Assembly: GCA_000002445.1 (NCBI GenBank)
Contig: CP000071.1
Location: 1-64,000 of the forward strand
From: Trypanosoma brucei
Lineage: Eukaryota
Direction of reading: 5' to 3'
Length of the DNA: 64,000 nt
Below, piece after piece: positions 48,455-61,125 of the stretch. Under the pieces are notes generated by a model. It was given only the letters and a program-made list of their open reading frames with translations, made no database searches and had not been told where the DNA came from. The translations under genes were made by a program, and so were the position numbers. Position 1 is the first letter of the stretch. The number at the start of each line of letters is the position of its first letter.

Positions 48455-51400
48455 TCATTATACGGTTACCTTCACGAATATCAAATGTTCTATACATACA
48501 TCCTGTGAGGCTACTTCTTTAGTTGATATGTTTCCTATTCTCACGCTCCGCCATTCACTCCCTCCTGTGGGGCCTGGATAACAGCGTCTTGTTGAGGAAC
48601 ACGCTTTTGAATATTGTCTTCCACCATTTGAGGAAAATATCACTTGCTGTTATCCGAATGTGTTGCATGACACCAGTGAATATTTAGAATGATGGTGACC
48701 TTTCTCTCTTGATTCGCAGTCGGGTTATCAATTTGTTCGTGTCTATGGTAAGAACCGAATTTGCCGTTGGAAAGAAGACTGCCCTTAAGAAGATCACCAG
48801 CTTAACACTGAAGTATATATCTTCCTTTTTCGGAATGACTACTACATTCTAAGACCTGAGTTTACTCAAAGATGGACACTGCAACAGGTGAGCCGATGTT
48901 TCTTTGCATTCCTTTCTTACCTTATTTCATCTATCAGAGCCACGTGCCTGCCTGTGTGCTGCTTGAATTTGCAATGTTAGATATTGCTTGTGTGCGCATA
49001 CCTTCTAGCAGTGTGGGAATTGGTGCTAGAGAGAGGCCAGTGGCGTGATTTAAAGGGATTCTTTTTCACACTCTCTCTTCACAGTGATTGCATTTTTGTG
49101 GTGTGTTCTGGTATGCCATACTAGTGTATACCATGACATGTAGGTGTTCTCACACCTTCCACATGCAAACTCTCTACGAGGGTTCTCTGTATGCCCTCAA
49201 GTCCTTATGCCGTTTGTGTTTCAGCTCCTCTCTCTGACCGCATATATTTTCTCGTCTGCTGGAGTGTCATGCTCGGTCTCTCTTTTTCTCTTTCTTGTCA
49301 TGGAGTTCAAGTTTTGTGTGTGTGACGAGTCTGAGTTGAGAAGTGCTCTATTTATTGAGTGAGGCTTCAATCCATTTTTTGTAGTGGTTTCTAGTTGTGT
49401 ATCTCCACTGTGGGGGGTGTTCACCTTCTTACTTTTTTAGTCCGAGTTCTCGATACTCACGCACTTTTGTGTGTATCAGTCACGTCTTGCTCTTGAAACA
49501 CCTCTTGCATTTGTGGAAAACATAAAGTAGTGGCTCATTGTCATCCTCATTTTTGTTTTCACCACTATTGTCTTCCGTTACTTGCAACTTTGACATCTTC
49601 TTTGTCATTTTACTTAACTTTAACAGTTGGGGTATGAGTAAGATATCATGCCCGGGGTGTTTTATATTCATATGGCGTAACATCCAGTTGTGGTGATATT
49701 CTTTACCGCATATCTTACATGTTTCTCTCCGACACTATTTATTGTAGTGGTGCACGTGGTTCCCCTTCACTCTGCTTCGAATTGTACTTATGTCTGTTGA
49801 GCCAGGTTTTGCTTTTATACACCTGTTTGCAGCTAAGACATTTGTATGCTTGTGGTGCTTCCCATTGTTCATCTTTACTGCTATCATCCTGTATTTCCGT
49901 TTGTTGTGTCACTTCGGTTTGCTTTTCAGGATGTTTCAGGCGCATATGCCTATCCAACCAGCCATACGTGACATGCTGCTTCGGAAGCCATTGACACTTG
50001 TGGAGAGTAGGTAACGACTGTTCTTCTCGTTTCCTCTTTTGTCGCTCTGTCCATACTAGTGGAGTTGTCAAAGTGTATTGTGGCACATGTTGTTGCAGTA
50101 GTCCCTTTCTGTCGAATACTTTACAACATACGTGACATCGATAGACAATCTCACATGCCTGTTCTGCTCTCTGAGCAATCGTTAATACAGCTAGCGTATA
50201 TTGACGAACACACTGATGTATTTTCATCATGTGAAGAACTTCCACTTACCGTCTTGCACATACGATATTGCAAACTGGGAATATGATATGGTAATTCTGT
50301 ATTGTAGCTATTGCCACCTTGCGTTCCTCAGTTTCTTCTATCTTTAGAGTGTTTTGAGTTTGTGCAGTGTAATTTCTGAGATTGTTCCCCGTGTACTTTG
50401 TACACCATCTGCGCTTCAGTTATTCACCTGTTCATGTGATCACCCTATGTGTCCATCCAAAATGTTTTGAAGTCCCTGTTTTAAATTGAGCCAACAGTGA
50501 CTCATCATACATGTCTAGCGCCTTCATTTTGTATGTCTGTTTTACATGGTTTAGTAAAGCGCTGCGGTGTGTGTTTTTGTGCCGGTCTTCCACAAATTCG
50601 CGTCGTGTCTGAATACATAATTGGCGCGTTATACCTGTGACAATGTTGGTGATCTGTGAACTACAAATTGACGGCATATGTTTTTCTTTGTTTGGAAGCT
50701 CGTCTGTTTTGGCATTTCTCGGGATGCCGCAATTAAAAAACACAAACTGAAACGACATGTCTACTCTCAGTTTCATGAAGTGTATGATCAAATTCTATAT
50801 GCGTCGTAGTATGCAATCTGTCACTACCGCAGGACCGTTTTAAGTGCAATTAACAAAGATAAAGAGTCTGTGAATATTGCCACTTTCGTTTTTCTACTCT
50901 CGTTGATCTTTATTACTGACTTAAGTTTCATAAGTCTTGCCTCCATGGCTACACACTAGGCTCTGTATCTGCATGCTAACCTGCCTGCTTTTTTCTTTAC
51001 TTTTACTGCATTACCTCGTCTAGGGTATATTATCGCGCCGGCACCAGAGGATTCTTCCAGTATCACTGACCCATCCGCCCACACTTTATAATCGTAGTCT
51101 TTGAATCTACGTACCCTTTGTATTGTGTGCCTTTTCTTTTCTCTGTCACAAGCGTTAGAATGGAGACCACCTGGTGTTGTGGTGTTGAAGTATGGTCTCC
51201 TCGCCAGTTGCCATATGCTTGCCGTGTGTGGCTTCTCCGGTCTGCCCACTTCCTCATACGGGTGTGACACACTCTGCAGGCACGTGTGCATCGGATAATT
51301 AGGTGGTAACATTTTCCCACTGTATCAGCTGATGCCTTACCTTTCGCTCTACTTTTTAAATATTATTCTATTGCTCTTCTGTGAGCAATATTATCTCTTG

Positions 51401-53440
51401 TGAGGGCTGGACTCCTTCATGGCATCTTGCGAATTTGTATACTTTGAAATACCAGCGATAACATGTGCCTCCTGTGCTTGTACTTGTTCAAGCTTCTCCT
51501 TGTTTGATGGAGAAGCTTTGAACAAACATGCTGCGATACCATAGCACACCTTTCCCTGGATTAAGGTTAAGTAAAATGTTCGGACGCTTTCTTTACTCGC
51601 TTTCCATTCACGTGGTGCAACAGCCCTTAGTTTTATTAATCTCATAATTCCTTTTGTTTGTAAGGTACATGTGCTATTTGCTTACTCAGCCCTTTGTGTG
51701 GCTGTATTCTCATCCCAAGGAGTCTGGAATTTCTCTTCTTTTTTTACCTATGCTCTTCCAGAATTAGGTGCAATGAGTCTCTGTCTCTCACCTCAAAGAG
51801 TGTGAATTCCATCTTTGTTTTTGCAGACACCTCCATATAGTGCCCTGTTGACCAGGTCGCTATACAATCCAATCCTGTTTGCAGCGTCTGCCGAATAGCT
51901 TCTCGGTCAGTGTTAGAGCATACTATCGTGAAGTCGCCTGCGAAGAAGCAGTGTTTAATGGCTACAATGGCATTTAATTTCGCGCTTAGGGAGTCCATTG
52001 CAATAGTGAATGGCAACGGCGTCAAAACGGAAACTTGTGTAACACCACATGTGAGTTGTATTTTCTTTGAGAGGGTGTTGTTTATTCGTACTAATGCAGT
52101 CCGTCCCTCCAGAAAATTTGCAAACCACGAAATGAGGTGCATGTCTGCCTCATATCTTATTAATGCATCTATTATGCACATGCAATCCATATAGTCAAAT
52201 GACCTCGCATAATCTATGAATAACACAGCAGTTTTCTCTCCTGCTACTCTATATTTCACTAAGTCTGTGAGTGCCATTAGAGCGTCTAACAACATATATC
52301 TGCCCGAACGAAAGCCACATTGCTGAGGTTTCATCTTACACTCTACTTTGTCTCGCATTTATTGCGCTACGATCCTCTCCATGAGATTACAGAGGATGTT
52401 AGTGAGTGTAATGGGTCAAAACGATGACATACACTTGGCCACTTTGTTGAGGTTGAGTAGTGTGACAATAACACCATGATTTCACTTCTCCGGCACCCGG
52501 TGTCTCTGTAGCCTACAGTTGAAGAGCTTGAGAACACATATTTCTTTATACGGTGTCCTAATTGCTTCAACTGTTCACAATGTATACATTCCTTATCGGT
52601 GTAACTTCCTGAATATAATTCCTTCAGTGCTGTCTCAAGTTCTGCCTCGTTATTGGTGCGAATTCTCCGCTCGCACGGTATGGTATACTCATGGGAGGAG
52701 AATCTGGTGATTTCGTCGACTGCTCTCTATATATCTGTGCTAGTTTATTAGTTTGCTGTCTGAGTGTTAGAGAATGGTCATTCAAAACCAGAACTGGAGA
52801 TGACAGTGGCCTCGGTTCATATATGGATTTAACTAAATTCTAACTTTTTGTATCAGTCACTGACATATTCGACACATTTTCCTTCCAATGTTGTAGGGAC
52901 GTTTCAGCGAGAACCTTCCTTCTCTTGTATGTAAGGACATCTCTCTGTGCTTCTCATTTGTGCACTCCCTTATTCTCGTGTCTATTCCAGTCAGTTGTCG
53001 TGTCCAGAACGGTGGAGATACATCCTTACCTTTCGGTATTGTTTTATTTGACGCTTTGAAAATTCGTTTAGTTACTGCCTCATTCATGGCATTCATGTTC
53101 TTTCTCGATTTCCTTAATTTTTTCAACATCATTATACCACACACTTTTCGAAACTACCGCCAATTTGCTTTGTTCCAAACATAAAACGCCCTTTGTGGCG
53201 TTGTAATTGCGACAATTTCCACACCAATTCCAATACACACCTCAAACTCCATCCAGCAGTGGTCACAACCTGGACTGAGGTTTGCCTCCCATCTTGTGAC
53301 TTCGCAGTCTCTGTACATCGTAATGTCGGACGACGACCTAATTGCCGTTTGTGGAATTCCTCTCGTTGGTGTACCATCATTTTGCATTTCTGACATCGTT
53401 TTGTAGACACCAGTCTATAACGCAGTATTCCGCTGCATCA
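48455..53440 (-). mobile_element. Divergent ingi-related non-LTR retroposon (DIRE-like), about 5 kb, degenerate
   Basis: ORF fragments on the - strand match the ingi domain order but are strongly diverged. RT: 51744..52358 (QQCGFRSGRYM...LFIDYARSFD...FFAGDFTIV). RNaseH-like: 50956..51312 (YKVWADGSVILEESSGAGAIIY...RLACRYRAE). FKTGTSKHFGWTHRV at 50432..50791 corresponds to ingi FRVGSSRHYGWMLRK. C2H2 fingers 49480..50245. Poly(T) on + near 48450. Confidence 0.65.
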
Positions 53441-53496
53441 TTTGACCGAAGCGGGTCAAATAACTCATGATCTGCGTTACTGTCTGATCCTATTAC

Positions 53497-56400
53497 TAGT
53501 GGTCCCTGGCGATGCCGGCCACCTCAACGTGGTGCCAGGGTCCAGTACACCGTATCATTGGGTGAAGCCAAGAGCCAGCAGCGTTCCTTTCATGGGGAAC
53601 ACTGCTTTGCTCCGGCTACGGCATAATACAGCACAGGGATCAGCAGCATCTTGCTGGGACAGTGTTCTTCATTTGTCGGTCCCTGGGCACGTGCCAGCGT
53701 GCCATCAGCAGTATCATCCGCACTAAGATGCTGCGGTCCGGTGATGTGGAAGAGAATCCCGGCCCGTCGTTTCCCGAGATGCAGTGGAACTGCGCCGGGC
53801 TATCTCAAGGAAAGAGATTAGCACTCCACAAAACCCTTGTTGATGAGCGGATCGCCTTTTGTCTGTTGAGCGAGAGACAAGGATGACGCCTGGAGAGGAA
53901 GCTTGTTTAGCGTTGCTGGCTACCAACATCACGGAATAGCTCGTAACTGCAAAGGAGGTGGTGTATCAATACTAGTGAGGGAGGACCTGCCAGTCGAGAC
54001 AGGTATGGCCGTTGTTGGTCGCATTGAACAAGTGCATGCAACAATTCACCTTGCACGTGGAACGGCGCTGACTGTCACGTCGGCATACATCCCACCAAAA
54101 CACACCTTCACGACAAGTGACCTAGATACGCTTCTGACGACTGACGGTGCCCAGCTCTCATCGCTGCAGACGCTAACGCACACGCGTTGGCATGGGATCG
54201 CGCGAGCCCACCAAATACCAAGGGTGAAACCCTCACACAGTGGTGCATTGACAACCAGTTTCTGGTCTCCAACACTGGTGAGTGCACCAGGTACGCGCGC
54301 CACCACGGGGAGTCCAGCCCTGATGTGACACTGTCAAGGAATTGCACAGTGTACACGTGAACATCGCTGTATTCTCCCGATAGCGATCACCATCACATAT
54401 TTTTCGACGTTATCGTTGGAGAAGACACAGATGCACTGAGTTGCCCGCGGCTTCGAAAGCCCATGTACGCATGGCTAAAAGCTAACTGGAGGAATTTCCG
54501 TCTCAAGGTTGACGAGCTCTGCAGGAAAATTGGTAGAGAGAAGAACGTCAACACCCTGGAACAGAAATTGAGCTCCGCCATCTGCATTGCGACGAAGGTC
54601 TCCGTCCCCCGTGGCTGCAGAGCAACGCCACCACATTGGACACCTGAGCTCGCGAAACTCGATGAAGAGATCGCTGGATGCGGACCCTCCCACCGAAGGG
54701 AAAAGTTGGTAGCCACGCGTAAGCAGATCCTGGACCGTACCACAAAGAAGAGATGGAGCACGCTATGCTCCAGACTTGCGGTGTCAGACCGCTGCAGTTG
54801 GTACATTGTCAAGAAGGTATATGCGCCACGACAACTAACCACACCGGCTGTACTTGTTGATAACGCGGCCATCACGGACTACCATCAAGCTGAGAGGTTC
54901 AGTAAACTGTACTCGTCCCGCGCAAGAAGGCACCCCGACTCACACCCAGCGGCACCCATAAAGACGATAGCGAGTGAGTTCAGTCCCATCACGATGGCTG
55001 AACTACGGAGATCGATCAAACTGCTACCGAGTGGATCCGCAGCCGGACCTGATTGCTTATACAAGGAGGCACTGCAACATCTCGGCAGAACAGCGCTGAA
55101 TGTTGTTCTGAGGCTATTCAATGAGAGCCTACGAACGGGAGTCGTGCCGCCTGCATGGAAAACCGGTGTTATCATCCCCATCCTGAAGGCCGGAAAAAAG
55201 GCGGAGGGCCTCGATTCTTACAGGCCTGTGACGCTCACGAGCTGTCTCTGCAAAGTCATGGAGCGCATAATTGCAGCAAAGCGTAGAGACACTGTTGAGT
55301 CCCAGCTGACGCCGCAGCAATCAGGTTTCCGCCCCGGATGCTCAACGCTCGAACAGCTGCTGCACGTCCGCGCTGCTCTCTGCCGCCCCACGCACTAATC
55401 TCGTACGGGTGCTGTATTCGTCGACTACGAGAAGGCATTCGATACAGTAGACCACGACAAAATTGCGAGGGAAATGCACAGAATGAAGGTATCACCCCAC
55501 ATTGTGAAGTGGTGCGTATCATTTCTGAGTAACCGAACTGGCAGAGTGAGATTCAAGGAGAAGCTTTTCAGAAGCAGAACATTTGAGCGAGGAGTGCCAC
55601 AAGGAACTGTCCTTGGCCCAATCATGTTCATTATTATCATGAACTCGTTGAGCCAGTTCCTTGCAGAAGTGCCGTTACTGCAGCACGGATTCTTTGCAGA
55701 CGACCTAACGCTACTTGCCAGGCACACAGAGAGGGATGTCATCAACCACACACTACAGTGCGGTCTAAACGTGGTGTTACAGTGGTCAAAAGAGTACTTC
55801 ATATCTGTCAACGTAGCAAAAACGAAGTGCACACTCTTCGGGTGTACAGAGTGCCACCCCCTTACATTACAACTGGAAGGCGAAAGAATTGGAGCTGACA
55901 GGACACCGAAGCTTCTAGGAGTAACATTCCAGTGTCTGCAAGGGATGGCAACACATGCGGCTGAAACGAGACGCAAGATGGACTTCTGACTACTGCAGAT
56001 AGCAGCCATCTCAGCTCCTACATGGGGGCCAAGACGACAAGTACTGAGAGCCTTTTATCTAGCACTCGTACAGGCACATACCATGTATGGCATTGAGGTA
56101 TGGTACTGGGACGCTTCGGAACGAAGTCACGACCTCCTTGCATCAGCACAACATAAAGCCAGTCGCATCATAGCTGGCATACCGCATGGGACGCAAAGAG
56201 GATTCTATGCCGGAAGCAAACCTCCTGCTACTCAAGACGACCACTCTTGTGCGCAGCATGAAATTCATGCCGATGTGTGAGTCACGAGGCGGATGTTTGT
56301 GCCGCAGTGCTGAAGAAGTATACCACAGCAAACACCCACTCAGAGCCCTACATTCCCGCATCATGCGGTCCTACCCCTACATCTGCATTGAGCCACGCGA

Positions 56401-58330
56401 GCACCCACTAGAGACATCGACGCTCCGCCACAGTTGCCGACAGATATTTCACACGCAGATAAAGCCTGTGTGCGCTGATGACCCTGACGATGTCAAAAGG
56501 GAGGCTTCCGAAAAGTGGATTGAACGGCATTTTGCACGGATGGGGAAGGAGCCACCGCGGCGAGAGCACTACGAATTGTGGACTGATGGATCCGTGTCCC
56601 TCGGTGAGAAGACCGGGGCAGCTGCCCTGCTCTATAGAAACAACACGCTGATTTGTGCACCAAAGACCGGAGCAGGGGAACTCTCATGCAGTTACAGAGC
56701 GGAATGCGTAGCATTAGAGATAGGACTGTAACGGCTGCTGAAATGGCTTCCGGCATGCAGAAGCACACCGAGCATGTTGTCCACCTTCTATGACTCGCTG
56801 TCAATGTTAACAGCACTGCAGACAGGTCCACTAGCCGTAACGGACCCAATTCTGAGACGACTATGGAGGCTTCTGCTTCAAGTTCAGAGAAGGAAGGTGC
56901 GTATCCTAATTCAATTTGTGTTTGGCCATTGTGGCGTGAAACGGAATGAGGTTTGCGATGAAATGGCTAAAAAGGCCGCAGATTTACCACAGTTGCGAGA
57001 CATATGGATCCCCGACATCATTGCTTATGCGAAGCGAGTGCTTAGGTCAAAAGAAGTCCATGAGAACACTCATAGGTTTGGTATCATGGGCAACCACTTT
57101 CCAACAAAACATAAAGAAGAACTGACGATGGAAGAAGAAACGGCACTGGCACGCTTTCGGGTTGGGTCTTCAAGACACTATGGATGGATGTTGCGAAAGA
57201 TCAACCCGAGTGTGCCCCCGCAGTGTCGATGGTGTAACCCGCAACGTGCAGCGATAGGGCCAACAATACGAACACAAACAGCCCCACCTATTGCGATACG
57301 CACTCTTCAGAGAACCTCCAAACCGACCAAATGTACGGAATGTGATGCCACATACCAATGCCGCTCGAGTGCTGTAACGCACATGGTAAACAAACATGAC
57401 TTTGTGCGAGCTTATGCCCTCCGGAGGATCAAATACGGCGATGCAACACCTGTAGTGGACATCCCCCCGGAGCCCCCTCCAGTGGTGGCGATCGTTCCTC
57501 TACCATCGAGCACACGAGTCCCGATGAAACCGAAGGTGCTTCATTGTACCCTCTGTGCCTCCAAATTCGCAGTGCCAGGCCGACTATTACACCACCTTAG
57601 AACAATACATGGCATAGGCAGCGGTAGTTTCCGCGTGAAAAGGGGACGAGAGAACGAAGACTCAGTGCAAGGAGATGGTAGAGCCCCAGCAGCGCCAGCC
57701 CCTCAGGATACACGGAAGCTGCCGTTTCAATGTGACCTGTGGGAGGCGAGCTTCGGTACACGTTCTTCCCTGTCACTACACAAGAAATTCAAACATAAAA
57801 GCATAGTGACGGAGGACGGTACCGTGGTGGTGGTGCAATTCCCTCGTAAGCGTGCCCGTGAGGGAAACGTTGACGTCCCGGGGAAGGGCGAGGTGCAGTG
57901 TAGTGTGTGTACCAAAAAGTGCTCAGTTGCAGGGACTTCCTCATCCAACACTGTAAGGCTTTCCGCAAAGGTGAGGAAGTCGAGCTTAAATGCAGCAAAA
58001 GCACAAAATTGTGTGCCACTGATTCCCTGCATACAAACACATCCATGTTGGTGTGCCCGACATGCGGAAGGCAGTGTGCTAGCAAAACTGGCCTCACCAT
58101 ACATCAAAAGAAGATGCACGGTATGAAGGTAGGGCGCGCTGTTACCAGCCAACGCGGCGACTGCGAAGAAATGTTGCTGCACCTGATGAGCTGTCCCGGT
58201 TTGAAGGAGTTAAGTGTCAGGTTTGCGGTAGAAGGTGTGTGTCTGTGTGTGGCGGCATGGTTAAATTATTGGGTCGCATCAGGCCCATATTGTGTCATCA
58301 CAAATATTATTCTACCATTAAAAAAAAATA
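53497..58330 (+). mobile_element. ingi non-LTR retrotransposon, copy 2 (about 4.8 kb), degenerate ORF. 3' end differs from copy 1
   Basis: Starts GGTCCCTGGCGATGCCGGCCACCTCAACGTGGTGCCAGGGTCCAGTACACCGTATCATTGGGTGAAGCCAAGAGCCAGCAGCG (Pr77 signature). ORF pieces 53903..54328 (endonuclease), 54463..55989 (RT), 56186..56731 (RNaseH-like), 56774..58126 (Zn fingers). A9 at 58321-58329. Confidence 0.9.
53737..53760 (+). other. 2A-like self-processing peptide motif DVEENPGP at the N-terminus of the ingi ORF
   Basis: Translation ...IIRTKMLRSGDVEENPGPSFPEMQW. The same motif is present in copy 1 on the - strand at about 17010-17040. Confidence 0.7.
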
Positions 58331-61039
58331 AGTAGCACTAGTATTAAGGGAAAAGCTATTGTTTTCTCACTTCCGTCGCGTACATCATGCGTGATACAAC
58401 AACTTCCATTTATTCTATGGTATCTTTTCATATAGCAAGGGACACTCGGAATTGTTGTATCACTTTCGTTGTCCCAGCAATGATTGTGACCCACATTTCT
58501 CCATGCTCGTAACTATTTTGTTCCCACGACATTTAACTACGTCATGTCTCACACCGATACATATGTTGCATATCCATGTTTGAGTCCTCAATATTTCACG
58601 GGTCGCCTGCTGCAGCTTCACGACATCGGCGTCTTCTGAAAAGACCCTTGTAATGGTGTGTAAAATTACGGGATTTCCTTTATTAACTGATGGGGAGTCG
58701 ATTCAAATTCACTAATTCCTCATTTTCGCTAAGGTATCGAAACCCTGCCCGAATATTCTCAGGTAACTTCACTTGGGAGAGGAATGACTTTATATCAAAC
58801 ATTGCTACAGACTGGTCATGGAGAGTATTTAAATACTGGGAAAAGTGACCCAATGGGAGATATGCCTCATCATCATCCCTGCTCTTTTTAGTCTTTGGTC
58901 GTGCAATAAATCAACGCCTTCTTCCAATTCTGTGTTTCCCCAATCACAAAGAATGGCACACAACCCATCCTGTCGTATGTCTCTGAAACTGTGCTAATAA
59001 TACGCGGCTGCTTCATTATTTGGGCATCCTTTACTACAATGTGCAATTTCAGATTTCCTGTTTGATACTTTCTCTCTTTCTTTCTCTCCACATCTTCTGT
59101 ACCATTCATAATACTCCAAACCTCATCAAATCGTCTACTCGCTGCTTGCATCATCCTCTGTCGTATCCACGGAGGGGAAATCATTCCCACATTCATTTCC
59201 TATTGGAGAGGTGAAGTCTTTTTTTTCCTCATCCCGTGAGGTCACCTTTGTTTTCCCTTGTGAGTGTCAAGTAATGCTGTGCCCTCGATAATTTGGGAAG
59301 GTATTCCCTGTTATAAATCTCTGCTTCCCTCACACTGAGGCCGCACATTCCTTCCAATTGTATCTTACATCAAAACCAGCAAAGGAACCAACTTACTGAT
59401 TGCTGCTGTCACACATCTGAGATACCGCATTGCGCTTCGTTGGAGTTATATTGTGTAGATGTGCTTTCCCAATTCTATTAATAATATGTTGTCAATGTTG
59501 TGTTCCATTGCAACTACTGCCGCTGCGCGTGTCAGCAGTGCTCTTCTCTTTTTGGGATGTTCTATCATTACGTATGCTCGTTTCAGTATGGTGTCATTTT
59601 CCCCTTTGTGGTAATGGCTATGAACTTCTTCTCTTTTCCTCCAGAGGTTCCTCCCTATGACTTTTCTCACACTGGCAATATCCTTTCCTCAGTTGATAAT
59701 TACGTATCGTGTGACTCTGTGGGTATCGCTTTTGAATTTCTTTGAAAGTTTCCCTCCAAACCCACTATTGAGGCTTTCTTGCCGTGTGAGTGTGGTATAA
59801 CATTTTTCCTCTTTTTTTATTTGGGAGCTGTGTGATTTCTTTTTGCCACCAGATGGCTGGATGCAATTCATTCCATTGATATTGCAACTGGATACCACTC
59901 TGGACGGAACTTCCTGCAAGATATTATCGAATCCCCATTATAACATGTGTTGTGTTTGTTTGATGGGTTCACCTGTTACCGTATTGTAAAGACGGACCCA
60001 AAAACAACATCCGCGTCGGTGTGTCCAATAGAAATGATGGAAGAGCTCTCCTGTACTAAAATGGCGTTGCTCTTTACGAGTTGCAAACTTACAACAACAA
60101 ATAGAAGTGTAGTTGCATCCTATGCTGGAATGCGGTAATGATTTTTCGCCAATGCATAAAAACACCGCATGATGAATTCCCTGTTGCTCACATGTTTTAG
60201 TCCTCAGCCACATTCACTTTGCTATTCTGTTGGCTCCTGAAACCAATGTCATGATGTACGGACAGCCTTTTGTGGGAACTGCAATAAAAATAATAATCAT
60301 AATTATAATAACTCCTTTCACCAATGAGTTTATTCTCGGTTGTAAAAGTGCTCTTGGTGCCACTCCATTTTTCTTTTTTGAGTCCACACCTGCTGAGGGG
60401 CTGTTGTATTTTTTATTAAAGAGTGATGCACCGTTTTATTCCCCACCCCTTTTAGGTGAATTTCTCATGCACAGTTTGTACTTTCCCATTGTAGAATGTT
60501 TCTCAAGGTGTTTCTTTTGTGAAGCTTTGGTTATGCTATAATTAAAGACCACTCAACTCCCTGCTTCCGGGACCTGTTGTTGCATTTATTCCCCTTTAAT
60601 TGCTGCAAATTTATTCATTTGACAAGTTGTACTGCAATAATTCACTTGACCATATGTGTAACATCGTGTCTCGTTGCTTTATAAAAATTCAAAAAGAACA
60701 CATCAGGTGATATTCTTCTGCTCTTACTTCGTCCATTCACATCTCTTCCCGTCAGTTCGGAAACTCCCACTCAAACTCACCACTCTGTGAAGATTTGTAG
60801 TTTCCGTTAGTGATGGACGTACTGAAGTGGACATGTTTGGCACTTCAAAACTAATTCTTTAAACTTACACCTTCCTTCTTGCATACAGCTTCAGTGCGAG
60901 AGTAAAAGAATAGTTGAGTATCATGAGAAAACATAAGCCCAAAACATTCTTGACGCAAGCTTTCAAAAGTTAGTGCCATTTTAAAATATTTTATCAGTTT
61001 GGTTTATTTTCTTTCTTTATGTATATTATGATTTGAGTT

Positions 61040-61125
61040 ACGATAGTGATAGTAATTGTTAAAATAATGGAAATAATAGAAGTGTGTTGTGAGTGCCCAT
61101 ATTCTAATATTATAATATGAGTAGT
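61040..61125 (+). repeat. 70-bp repeat (1 unit, variant)
   Basis: GATAGTAATTGTTAAAATAATGGAAATAATAGAAGTGTGTTGTGAGTGCCCATATTCTAATATTATAATATGAG. Confidence 0.7.

Noticed and set aside
1592..61125. Regularly spaced conserved repeats (70-bp repeats) as a CRISPR-like array
   Set aside because: This is eukaryotic trypanosome sequence. The repeats are AT-rich (TAA)n plus GTGTTGTGAGTGTG cores, separated by multi-kb VSG units, not by short unique spacers. They are the well-known VSG 70-bp repeats.
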